Shown: piece after piece, positions 18,767 through 26,957 of the stretch
Numbering within the stretch: the stretch's first letter is position 1
How the letters are laid out: every line of letters starts with the position of its first letter
IMG/VR virus record: IMGVR_UViG_3300010344_000850
Coordinates: 37,711 to 101,710 of that record
Source: a virus
Lineage: Duplodnaviria > Caudoviricetes
Direction: 5' to 3' (one strand)
DNA length: 64,000 nt
Program-made: the position numbers and the translations under genes
Notes under the pieces: generated by a model
Told to the model about the DNA's origin: nothing
What the model saw: only the letters and a program-made list of their open reading frames with translations
The model's database searches: none

Positions 18767-20159
18767 GATTCACTTGAAGAACTTCAAAAACTTTAAAGGT
18801 GTTCATTCTTTTGATTTTAATCAGTATAACCTTATTAGCGGTGAGAACGGAGCAGGGAAATCGACAGTAGCGTTAGATAGCGTTCTTTTCGCTCTTTACG
18901 GCTTCTCTAATCAAAAGCTAGAGAAGTTACCTAACAAAACAGTTAATCCGAGGAAATGTTCGGTAACTCTAGAAATAGATAATCTTGTAATCACTAGAGA
19001 AATACCTGTTAAACTAACTATTGTTGAAGACGGAGTTAAGAAAGAATTCGCTACTAATAGGGAGGCTCAAAAATATCTTAATGAGCGTTATAAGAACGTA
19101 GAATATTTCCGTAAGTTTAGAATGATTGATATTACGAAAGGAATTAATATTCTAGAACAAGGAAACTCAGCCCTTCTAGAGACTCTTTTTAGCTATCATC
19201 AAGAATATATTAGTTCTATTCGTGAGAAGCTATTAGAGAAGAAAAGCGAGAGAGAACGCCTTAATATAGACGATGTTAAGCTCTATACTATGTTCCCTAG
19301 TCAAAAAAGATATGATTTTTTATCAAGTTTCCTTAGAGAGATAGAAGGACAGTTTCATGAGATTACTACTATTTCTAATCATCATCAGAATGAATACTAT
19401 AAACACTTAAACGCTAAGAAAAGAAAAGACGCAGAGAAGCTTCGGCTTTCTAAACAATCTTCTAGGGTTACTCAAGAAGCTAAGTGTCCTTTATGTAGGA
19501 ACGTTCTTAATAAAACAGAGCAAGCGGGAATCACAGAAGATATTAAAAAGAAGATTGTTCAATTAACGTTAGATTCTAATTCTTTAATTGATAAGGTTAA
19601 TGAGTCTTTAAAAGAAGCTCAGAAGGCTAACGGAAAGAAGAAAGCCTTAGAAGAACAGAAGAATAGAATTACTCACTTAAAATATAAGCTAGAGACTAGG
19701 TTAAAACAGAAGGATTTTATCTACACTACTAAAGATATTGAGACGATTAAATCAGCTATTAAAGAACTAGACAAGTTTTCTAATCAGTATATTTTAAAGT
19801 ATATTAAAATCTTAGAACCTATTATCAATAATGTTATTAAGATAGTAGGATTTAACGTAGAGTTCTTAATCAATGATAAAAAGAAGATAGACATTAAGCT
19901 ATTGAAAGATAATGTAGAATTTGACTACTACGACTTGTCAAGCGGTCAAAAACTTCTTCTTACAGTAGGTTTTCAGTTAGCTTTGTTATTAGAGAAAAGT
20001 GAAGAAGGAATTATTATTGCAGATGAAGGATTTTCAAGTCTTAGTTCTAATAATCTTGACTTGCTTCTCGACATGATTAAGGACTACCCGTTTCAGTTAG
20101 TGTATGTTATTCACAGAAGCTTAAGCGTCCCTTTAGGGATAAAGGAGATAAAACTTTAA
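18753..20159 (+). CDS. Rad50/SbcC-like SMC ATPase
   Basis: LKNFK, GENGAGKST, zinc hook CPLC, signature LSSGQ, Walker B IADEG, VIH. Confidence 0.92.
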   Translation: MIIHKIHLKNFKNFKGVHSFDFNQYNLISGENGAGKSTVALDSVLFALYGFSNQKLEKLPNKTVNPRKCSVTLEIDNLVITREIPVKLTIVEDGVKKEFATNREAQKYLNERYKNVEYFRKFRMIDITKGINILEQGNSALLETLFSYHQEYISSIREKLLEKKSERERLNIDDVKLYTMFPSQKRYDFLSSFLREIEGQFHEITTISNHHQNEYYKHLNAKKRKDAEKLRLSKQSSRVTQEAKCPLCRNVLNKTEQAGITEDIKKKIVQLTLDSNSLIDKVNESLKEAQKANGKKKALEEQKNRITHLKYKLETRLKQKDFIYTTKDIETIKSAIKELDKFSNQYILKYIKILEPIINNVIKIVGFNVEFLINDKKKIDIKLLKDNVEFDYYDLSSGQKLLLTVGFQLALLLEKSEEGIIIADEGFSSLSSNNLDLLLDMIKDYPFQLVYVIHRSLSVPLGIKEIKL

Positions 20160-20283
20160 TGAAAAAGAAGAAGAAAATTAATCCTAAAGTAAAAATTAAA
20201 TACGGTTTCGAAAAAGACGAAGAAATTATAATAGACTTTACTGATTTAATGAAAACTCTAAAGGAACTAGGAATGTTGAAAAA

Positions 20284-20952
20284 ATGAAAGAGTGCGTCAT
20301 ATGTGGAGGCGGAGCGAGTGTTACTGAAGGAGTTGAGACAGGACTGTGGGATAAGCTGAAAGAAAGCGGAATTGAAGTATGGTCGGTAAACTACGCTTTT
20401 AGAGCTATGAAGCCTCTTCTTCCTACAAAACAGCTATGGTGTGATACGACCTTCTTTAAGAACAACATTAAAGATTTAGAAGAGTTAGCGAAGTCAGGTG
20501 TAGAGTGCCATACAAAGAAAAACGATAGATATAATTTCATAAACAATATTATTCAACATGAATGCACTAGAAAACCTGAAGAAAAAGATAATAAAGTATT
20601 TATAGGGGCTTTAGGTCTTAGCGGAATGTTTAGCTTGTCTTTAGCCGTACAGATGAAATATGATACTATTTATCTCTTAGGAATGGACTTCGGAGTTCCG
20701 AATCAAGGAATAGCACAAACTCATTTCTATCAGGGAAAGATGGAATATATTTCAACGGGTGTAGGAAGGCCACAAGTTTATTTAGACGGAAATAGCCCTA
20801 AAAAGGCGGTAAGAGATTTTGATATTTATAAAGATATACCTAATATATTTAATGTAAGTTTAATTTCCAATATACAATCCTATAGGAAGATTGGATATCC
20901 TGAATTCTATGGCAAAATATCGAAAAAAGAAAAAGATTCTCCTTTACTGTAA
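20284..20952 (+). CDS. DUF115/MptE-like (sialyltransferase-like fold) protein
   Basis: CVICGGGAS, WSVN, SGMFSL, IYLLGMDFG, THFY motif order. Confidence 0.6.
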   Translation: MKECVICGGGASVTEGVETGLWDKLKESGIEVWSVNYAFRAMKPLLPTKQLWCDTTFFKNNIKDLEELAKSGVECHTKKNDRYNFINNIIQHECTRKPEEKDNKVFIGALGLSGMFSLSLAVQMKYDTIYLLGMDFGVPNQGIAQTHFYQGKMEYISTGVGRPQVYLDGNSPKKAVRDFDIYKDIPNIFNVSLISNIQSYRKIGYPEFYGKISKKEKDSPLL

Positions 20953-21601
20953 TCCTCTTATACAGGAAGCGTTAATAAAAAACATTCCTAATTGTAACTT
21001 TGAAGTAGGAGAGACTTTAGTACAGATTAGAGAATATAAACCTAATATTATTATTTTTGATAGAGAAGTAGAGAGAATATGCAAATACGCTAATAAAAAG
21101 ACATATTTATTGTTCTTATCGAACGATAGTGTTTTTACAGGAGTATTAGAGAATGGATTTGACTCGAAGATGTTACCTAATCCTTCTACTCCTGAAGGAA
21201 AGAAACAATTAGAGTATGAAGAATTAGTTATTAAAAGAGGGAATAGTTTAGTTCTTAGATTAGCTTATATCCTTAACAATGTAGATTTATTAAAAATCAT
21301 AGAAGATATTAGGAATAATCGTAAGATAAACAATCAAATCTACCTATATCCTATGATAGCTGATGATGTTTCTAAGGTTCTAGATACTCTAATATCACTA
21401 GAAGCTAAAGGAATAGCTCATTTAAGAGGCTCTGAGAAGGTTACTTTTTATAAGATAGCCTGTCTTATAGCTGAGAAATTAAAGCTTCCTGTTCCTTTAA
21501 GTAATTACGCTTTCGGTAAAACTGTTAATATTAAGCTTTCAGGAATTGTTCTTCCTTTTTTAATACGAAAATATGTTTTTGACAACGGAGATATAAAATG
21601 A
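20909..21601 (+). CDS. Degenerate RmlD-like (SDR) protein
   Basis: FLSNDSVF, LVLRL, YPMIADDVS, GIAHL...VTFYKIA resemble dTDP-dehydrorhamnose reductase; GxxGxxG and YxxxK absent. Confidence 0.55.
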   Translation: MAKYRKKKKILLYCNPLIQEALIKNIPNCNFEVGETLVQIREYKPNIIIFDREVERICKYANKKTYLLFLSNDSVFTGVLENGFDSKMLPNPSTPEGKKQLEYEELVIKRGNSLVLRLAYILNNVDLLKIIEDIRNNRKINNQIYLYPMIADDVSKVLDTLISLEAKGIAHLRGSEKVTFYKIACLIAEKLKLPVPLSNYAFGKTVNIKLSGIVLPFLIRKYVFDNGDIK

Positions 21602-21999
21602 TAGATATTCCTAGACAATATAGAAAGATGATTTATACCAATAGCGAAGAAGGTTTTTCTGATTTAGGAGGAGCTGAAACCTTCCTATTAACTAGAACGG
21701 CTATGATATCTGAGGACGGAAATAACACTATTCTTGTTCAGGTTAGGAGAAAAGGAGAACAAGTAGCTAAACTAAGAGAATTAGCTATTTCAGAGGACGG
21801 TCATACTGATGAAGGTTTTATTACTATGATTCTTCCTAAGAAAGACTTAGAAAAAACTATTGAGATAACAGGAGTAGTTAAAGGTAGGAGAAAACAAAAT
21901 ACTACAAAATTTGATAATTTAAAAGAATTTTACGGTTGTGATATTATTATGTCTAAATGTCGTCAAATCGGATTTAAAGGAGAACCTATAATCAAATGA
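21598..21999 (+). CDS. Hypothetical protein
   Basis: GGAG RBS; ATGA overlap. Confidence 0.6.
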   Translation: MIDIPRQYRKMIYTNSEEGFSDLGGAETFLLTRTAMISEDGNNTILVQVRRKGEQVAKLRELAISEDGHTDEGFITMILPKKDLEKTIEITGVVKGRRKQNTTKFDNLKEFYGCDIIMSKCRQIGFKGEPIIK

Positions 22000-22163
22000 G
22001 AAATACCATAGCTAAAAAATTACGAAAAAAGTTTTGGGACAAACAAAATCCGAGAGAAGCTCAGTTGTTCAAGAACAAAGAAACTAGTACTTTTATAGCC
22101 GAAGGTCGTAGGCGTGAATATCAAGAAGCTAAACGCAAATATAAATCAAACGAGGAGAACTAA
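21996..22163 (+). CDS. Small basic protein (55 aa)
   Basis: ATGA overlap; MRNTIAKKLRKKFW... Confidence 0.55.
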   Translation: MRNTIAKKLRKKFWDKQNPREAQLFKNKETSTFIAEGRRREYQEAKRKYKSNEEN

Positions 22164-22342
22164 TGTTAACAGAGGGTTGTTGGGAAACATTGAATGATTA
22201 TAGAGTGTGGATTTACGGAGGTCATAAGATGACGAAGAGTGAAAGAATTCATGAAGCTAAGGAAATAGCTAAAAGCGGTTATCTTAAGATTGATAATCAG
22301 TTAAGGCGAGTAGTTAACGGAAAAACAAACAAAGATACATAA
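22163..22342 (+). CDS. Small hypothetical protein (59 aa)
   Basis: GAGGAG RBS; TAATG coupling. Confidence 0.55.
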   Translation: MLTEGCWETLNDYRVWIYGGHKMTKSERIHEAKEIAKSGYLKIDNQLRRVVNGKTNKDT

Positions 22343-22343
22343 C

Positions 22344-22652
22344 ATGATTTCTAAGCCTGAATTACAATATAGTCTTGATACTATAGTAGTTGATATTTTA
22401 GATGATGTTATCGCTCCTTTGATAGGAGAAGCTCCTGGGATACTCAAAATCGACCCACATCACACTAATTTAGAGGAGTTCTTTGAACAACCTTTAGATA
22501 GTCAAAGAGCTATTAAAAGAATAATCGAAAAGTATCAGTTACCTCATTCTATGAAAGAGTACATAGACGAGGGTTTTAGTTTTATTCAGTTAGCTACCTT
22601 AATTTTAATATCAGGGGCTTATAACGAAGACTATCGGAGTATAAAAAAGTGA
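22344..22652 (+). CDS. Hypothetical protein with weak acyl-carrier-protein-like pattern
   Basis: Acidic helical 102 aa; spacing resembles ACP by eye only. Confidence 0.35.
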   Translation: MISKPELQYSLDTIVVDILDDVIAPLIGEAPGILKIDPHHTNLEEFFEQPLDSQRAIKRIIEKYQLPHSMKEYIDEGFSFIQLATLILISGAYNEDYRSIKK

Positions 22653-23128
22653 ACGAATCTAAATTCAAAACATTAAGACATATTGAAGCTGTCAGAAACT
22701 ATCTTAATCTATGTATTAAGAATCTATTAGACCGTCAAGAGTGTCATGACCAATCTAAACTAGATTCTCCTGAGGCTGAGATATTTGCAGAGTATACACC
22801 TAAATTAAGAGATGTTACTTACGGTTCTCCCGAATACAAACAGTTTCTTAAGGAAATGAATGTAGCTTTAGAACATCATTATTCACTCTCTAGTCACCAC
22901 CCTGAACATTTCGCTAACGGGATAAATGACATGAACCTTCTAGATATACTCGAAATGATTACGGACTGGAAGGCAAGTAGCATGAGACATAATGACGGAA
23001 ATTTACTTAAGAGTATCGAAATTAATACGAAGAGATTTAAAATTTCTAAACAGCTAGTAAATATTCTTAAAAATACAGCTAGATTTTTAGACGAACAAAA
23101 AGTTAATCATAAGGCTTGTGAATCATGA
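22649..23128 (+). CDS. DUF5662-family HD-like protein
   Basis: TLRH, HDQSKL, HHY...HHPEH, EMITDW. Confidence 0.75.
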   Translation: MNESKFKTLRHIEAVRNYLNLCIKNLLDRQECHDQSKLDSPEAEIFAEYTPKLRDVTYGSPEYKQFLKEMNVALEHHYSLSSHHPEHFANGINDMNLLDILEMITDWKASSMRHNDGNLLKSIEINTKRFKISKQLVNILKNTARFLDEQKVNHKACES

Positions 23129-23289
23129 AAAAATATAGAATAATTAGATGTAAGGACTGTCCTAGTTGTAGAGTTGACGCTTTTTCTAAAACTAAAGATA
23201 GGTGTGAGTTAACAGTTCCTTTTAAAAAAGTTGATATCAATAAATTACCTAAATGGTGTCCTTTAGAGGAGTATAATAATAAATCGTGA
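23125..23289 (+). CDS. Small Cys-rich protein (54 aa)
   Basis: ATGA overlap; CKDCPSC...C...PKWCPL. Confidence 0.6.
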   Translation: MKKYRIIRCKDCPSCRVDAFSKTKDRCELTVPFKKVDINKLPKWCPLEEYNNKS

Positions 23290-23528
23290 ACAAACTAACT
23301 AGAAATATGAGTACAAAAAAGAATAGAGAGTATTGGGCTAAAGCTAAAAAAACTGAAGAGATTGTAGCTAGTTGGCCTAAATGGAAGAGAGACATTCATA
23401 TTTGCGGAACTAAAATATCGGTAGGCGGTGAGATTATTTGTCGCTGTACTCATCCTGAAAGATACGATAAGATTCGTGAACAAGAGAGAATTGATGCAAA
23501 GAGATACTCTTATTGGCCAGGTGATTAA
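23286..23528 (+). CDS. Hypothetical protein
   Basis: GAGGAG RBS; GTG start; VASWPKWKR. Confidence 0.55.
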   Translation: MNKLTRNMSTKKNREYWAKAKKTEEIVASWPKWKRDIHICGTKISVGGEIICRCTHPERYDKIREQERIDAKRYSYWPGD

Positions 23529-23752
23529 TGAGTTTAATCTTTGACCATTGGAAAAGAGATGAAGACGGAATGTTTTGTGATAAAATAAAACCTATTATTC
23601 CATTATCTAGATTAGGATATCTCAAAAATCGCCTAATAAGAATTAAAAAAGGAGAAAGAGTTTTAAAAGTTTATGTAGACGGATATGATGATTTTTTGCA
23701 ATTTGATTCTAAAATTGAACAAAAATATAACATAAAGGTAAGATATATATGA
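23528..23752 (+). CDS. Hypothetical protein
   Basis: AGGTG RBS; TAATG coupling. Confidence 0.55.
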   Translation: MSLIFDHWKRDEDGMFCDKIKPIIPLSRLGYLKNRLIRIKKGERVLKVYVDGYDDFLQFDSKIEQKYNIKVRYI

Positions 23753-24339
23753 AAGTTGAATTGTTAGCTATAACTCCTAATTCAGAAGAACTTATTGAAA
23801 AGGCTACAAGAACTTGTTATGACTCTGAGTGTAATCCTGAGACAAGGACTTCTTTTCTTAAAGGAGTAATGAAAAGAGGTCATGAATCCGTTATAGAACA
23901 CGCTTCAGCTACCTTTAAAATAGAGGGTGTTTCTAGGGCTTTAACTCATCAATTAGTACGTCATAGAATTGCTAGTTACTCTCAAGTTAGTCAGAGATAT
24001 GTCAAGTTTGATAATTTTAAATATATTGTTCCTCCTGAAATTGAAAGAAACAAAAAAGCTAAACAAAAATTTGAAGAAACTATGAGTTCTATTAGAGTAG
24101 CTTATGAGAATTTAGTTTACTTAGGAATTAAAGCGGAGGACGCTAGGTTTGTTCTTCCTAACGCCTGTGAGACAGAGATTGTAGTTACGATGAATTTTAG
24201 AGCTTTAAGGAACTTTTTGAAGTTAAGATTAGATAGTCATGCACAGTGGGAAATAAAAGAGCTTGCACATAGAATGTTAGAAATACTCTATGGGCAAGCC
24301 CCGTCTATTTTCGAAGATTTAAAACTAGCTGTAAGTTGA
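23749..24339 (+). CDS. thyX: Flavin-dependent thymidylate synthase
   Basis: GHESVIEH, ThyX motif RHRIASYSQVSQRY, EDARFVLP, HAQWEI. Confidence 0.96.
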   Translation: MKVELLAITPNSEELIEKATRTCYDSECNPETRTSFLKGVMKRGHESVIEHASATFKIEGVSRALTHQLVRHRIASYSQVSQRYVKFDNFKYIVPPEIERNKKAKQKFEETMSSIRVAYENLVYLGIKAEDARFVLPNACETEIVVTMNFRALRNFLKLRLDSHAQWEIKELAHRMLEILYGQAPSIFEDLKLAVS

Positions 24340-25317
24340 ATCTTTGTAATCCATAGTGTAGTGGTGATTATCAACAAAGAAAGCCTGTTTATTAGCTACT
24401 GAACTAGACGAGCGTATCATGTACGACCCCTCATAAGCGGAGTTTCCTGTATTACGAATAGTTACATAGATTGAACCGTTATAGCTACAGAATTTCCACT
24501 CCTCATTTAAAAACTCCTCGCTTGACATAGCTAGAAGCCCTATTACACTATCCGAAGGGATAATATAGTAGGCTTCGGCTACTGTCACAGGAGTAGTCGT
24601 AGTAGAAAATCTCACCCAATATTTTGTCTCTCCGTCTATAGCCGTAGTAGCCCAATCCTCAGGAATTGTCCACGTTATTTTTCCGTCACTCTCAAAGCCT
24701 GATGTAGCGTCAGCATATTCTAAACCCGAAGCTCCTAGTTCTTCCCACGTAGCTCCGTTATAATATTCCGCTACTAAAGTATAATTACTTCCTCTTGTAG
24801 AGAACTCAAATTTAGCTCCTCCGAAAGTACTAGCTTCTCCTAGATAAAGATATTCTGTAGTATCGCTCATCAATTCAAAAGCTGTTCCTTCTTCTGTACC
24901 CGCTTCTGTAGTATTATCAGTATAAGTTGACCCGTCATTTAATAGAACAAAATCAAAAGCCGTAGCTGTTTCAGATGTAGCTAAACCTTCATTAGTTAAA
25001 GATTTATCATCAAAGTAGAGTTTATTTCGGATATCATAAGCGTAATTATCAGGTGTATATTTCCATATTGAATAGCCCGATTCAGCGTGAATATGAGTAA
25101 ACCCTGTATAAGTAGCTAGAGTATGACCTAAAGATACATTTCTCAGGTACTTGCGTTGATAAGCCGACCCTAAATCAGTATATAAAGCGTCCACTTCATT
25201 TTTATTAAATTCAGCTTTATCAATCTTTCCGTTGAGAGCCAATATCATATCATTTAACAATGAAATCTTTTGACTCACGGTAAGATTTTCATTGACTTTA
25301 TATATTGAAGTTGTCAT
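24325..25317 (-). CDS. Virion structural (tail-associated) protein
   Basis: Last gene of the late arm; Thr/Ser/Gly/Tyr-rich beta composition. Confidence 0.55.
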   Translation of the reverse strand: MTTSIYKVNENLTVSQKISLLNDMILALNGKIDKAEFNKNEVDALYTDLGSAYQRKYLRNVSLGHTLATYTGFTHIHAESGYSIWKYTPDNYAYDIRNKLYFDDKSLTNEGLATSETATAFDFVLLNDGSTYTDNTTEAGTEEGTAFELMSDTTEYLYLGEASTFGGAKFEFSTRGSNYTLVAEYYNGATWEELGASGLEYADATSGFESDGKITWTIPEDWATTAIDGETKYWVRFSTTTTPVTVAEAYYIIPSDSVIGLLAMSSEEFLNEEWKFCSYNGSIYVTIRNTGNSAYEGSYMIRSSSSVANKQAFFVDNHHYTMDYKDSTYS

Positions 25318-25334
25318 TTTGTTTTCCTTACTTT

Positions 25335-25715
25335 TTATAAATAGTTATTAAATATAGAGTGTTTATCTCTTTTATCTTTTATTTTAAAAGAAACGGAAAT
25401 CTTTATATATTCAGGATAAGCACTCCATTCGTCTCCTTGTTCTAATGAAAATTTCCAATTTTTTATAGTTTCTTCCGCTGCTTTGTCTAATCTTTTATTT
25501 CCTGAACTTTTTTCAATAGCAGTTCTACCTACTGTTCCTCCAGGCAAAATCTCAACAGCTACTATAGTAGTTCCTTCAATTCCTGAACGAAATAAAGAAT
25601 CTGGATATTTAACAGCAGCAACATAAGAAGTAAAAAGAAGTTTTCTTTTTACTTCATCAGCTATTGAAATTTGACAAAATATAAAACATAGTAAAAAAAT
25701 AAAAAACGTTTTCAT
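25335..25715 (-). CDS. Secreted TonB C-terminal-domain protein
   Basis: Signal peptide ending SIA-DE; KYP...GIEGTTIVAVEILPGGTV...SSGNKRLDKAAEETIKNWKF...ISVSF matches the TonB_C pattern; no Pro-rich linker. Confidence 0.85.
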   Translation of the reverse strand: MKTFFIFLLCFIFCQISIADEVKRKLLFTSYVAAVKYPDSLFRSGIEGTTIVAVEILPGGTVGRTAIEKSSGNKRLDKAAEETIKNWKFSLEQGDEWSAYPEYIKISVSFKIKDKRDKHSIFNNYL

Positions 25716-25945
25716 TGTACTTTTGTGTAATGTTTTTTTATAGGTTCAGATAATAATCTATAATCAGTTTTTCCTATACATCTTTTTAATCTTTGATTTG
25801 TAGTTCTATCAGTATATTGTCCTGTACAATAACAAGAATCAAAAGAATTCATATTATTACATTCGTTAAATAAATCAATGTTTTCCTTTGAACTCATACT
25901 AAAAACAAATAAACAAAAAATTAATATTAAAGATTTTTTTTTCAT
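25712..25945 (-). CDS. Small secreted Cys-rich protein (77 aa)
   Basis: MKKK + hydrophobic signal; four Cys in the mature part; AAGGA RBS; ATGA-coupled to the TonB-like gene. Confidence 0.65.
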   Translation of the reverse strand: MKKKSLILIFCLFVFSMSSKENIDLFNECNNMNSFDSCYCTGQYTDRTTNQRLKRCIGKTDYRLLSEPIKKHYTKVQ

Positions 25946-25958
25946 ATTTTTCCTTATC

Positions 25959-26651
25959 TTACTCGCATAAAATTAAATTTACAGTAGAACCTGATGAGCG
26001 AACTCCCCCAATGAACTGAGCAACACCTACCACACCACAAGTTGTCCACTTCATCTGAACACTAGTAGAACTTATTTTCGCTAATCCAGATTTTAAAGAA
26101 TACATTGGCATTGGAGGGAATGGAAAGCCAGGATGATGAGAAAAAATTGCTGAGTGCCAAGGAGAAAATATATAATAAGGATTAGAATAATTTGGATGAG
26201 AATAAGTTGACCCTATAGTAGCTATTCCTGATTCTAAAATTTTAAATGAATTAGATAAAGTATGATAAATCAAATTCCCTAAACTATCCCTTATCCGTAA
26301 TCCATATTCAGAAACAGAGGATGTTATCAATTCTTTTTTTAAAGTAAAAATTTTATAATCAAAAGAACAACTTCCGTGAACTCCAGCTCCTTCTTTTCCT
26401 CCGAAAAAGCGAACTCCAGTATAATAAGGATTAGAATAAGAAACGTCAAATACTCCGCATACTCCACTAGAATCACTAGTAGGTCTTATAGCAGCTATTG
26501 GAGGATAGAGATTATTGTCTATACTAACAGTAGTAGATAGTCCCTCTAAACTCGAAATACTTCCTGTTTTTTCTAATAAATAATTTGAATATACAGAATC
26601 AATTTGTATTTCACTTTTTGTATTGTTTATTTTTAGTCCGTAATCACTCAT
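25959..26651 (-). CDS. Tail tip accessory / putative receptor-binding protein
   Basis: Two YGL-x-I repeats (DYGLKINN, EYGLRIRD) as in proteins following the central fibre of T1/phi80-like phages. Confidence 0.65.
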   Translation of the reverse strand: MSDYGLKINNTKSEIQIDSVYSNYLLEKTGSISSLEGLSTTVSIDNNLYPPIAAIRPTSDSSGVCGVFDVSYSNPYYTGVRFFGGKEGAGVHGSCSFDYKIFTLKKELITSSVSEYGLRIRDSLGNLIYHTLSNSFKILESGIATIGSTYSHPNYSNPYYIFSPWHSAIFSHHPGFPFPPMPMYSLKSGLAKISSTSVQMKWTTCGVVGVAQFIGGVRSSGSTVNLILCE

Positions 26652-26660
26652 AATCGTCCT

Positions 26661-26957
26661 TTAAGTATAAGAAAAACAAAAATTAACACAAGTAGCAGGA
26701 GTAATGAAAGTAGAAAAACTCCAAGTACTCCAACTTATTGTTGTTCCGCTTCTTGAAATCATATGAGCAGATTTGCTTGGATCTGCATTAACTGGAATAG
26801 AAAAAATCCCTGTCAATTTCCCTGATATTTGAGACAAAGCTCCTGAGTTTCCTGCAGATGCAGTTTGTGAAGAAGTATAACTCAATCTCGTAATTCTATC
26901 AACTAAAGTTAAGTTTTCTTCTCCTTTATAATTATAAACTCTAAGACCGTAGCTCAT
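26661..26957 (-). CDS. Small tail tip protein
   Basis: MSYGLRVYNYKG start coupled to the stop of the central fibre gene. Confidence 0.65.
   Translation of the reverse strand: MSYGLRVYNYKGEENLTLVDRITRLSYTSSQTASAGNSGALSQISGKLTGIFSIPVNADPSKSAHMISRSGTTISWSTWSFSTFITPATCVNFCFSYT

Noticed and set aside
22649-24339. Modified-base pathway (2-aminoadenine or 7-deazaguanine)
   Set aside because: No PurZ, QueC/D/E, FolE or DpdA homologue; an HD-like protein with ThyX is insufficient
25712-25945. Direct call as Cor lipoprotein
   Set aside because: Same size and position as cor but no clear lipobox or recognisable sequence similarity
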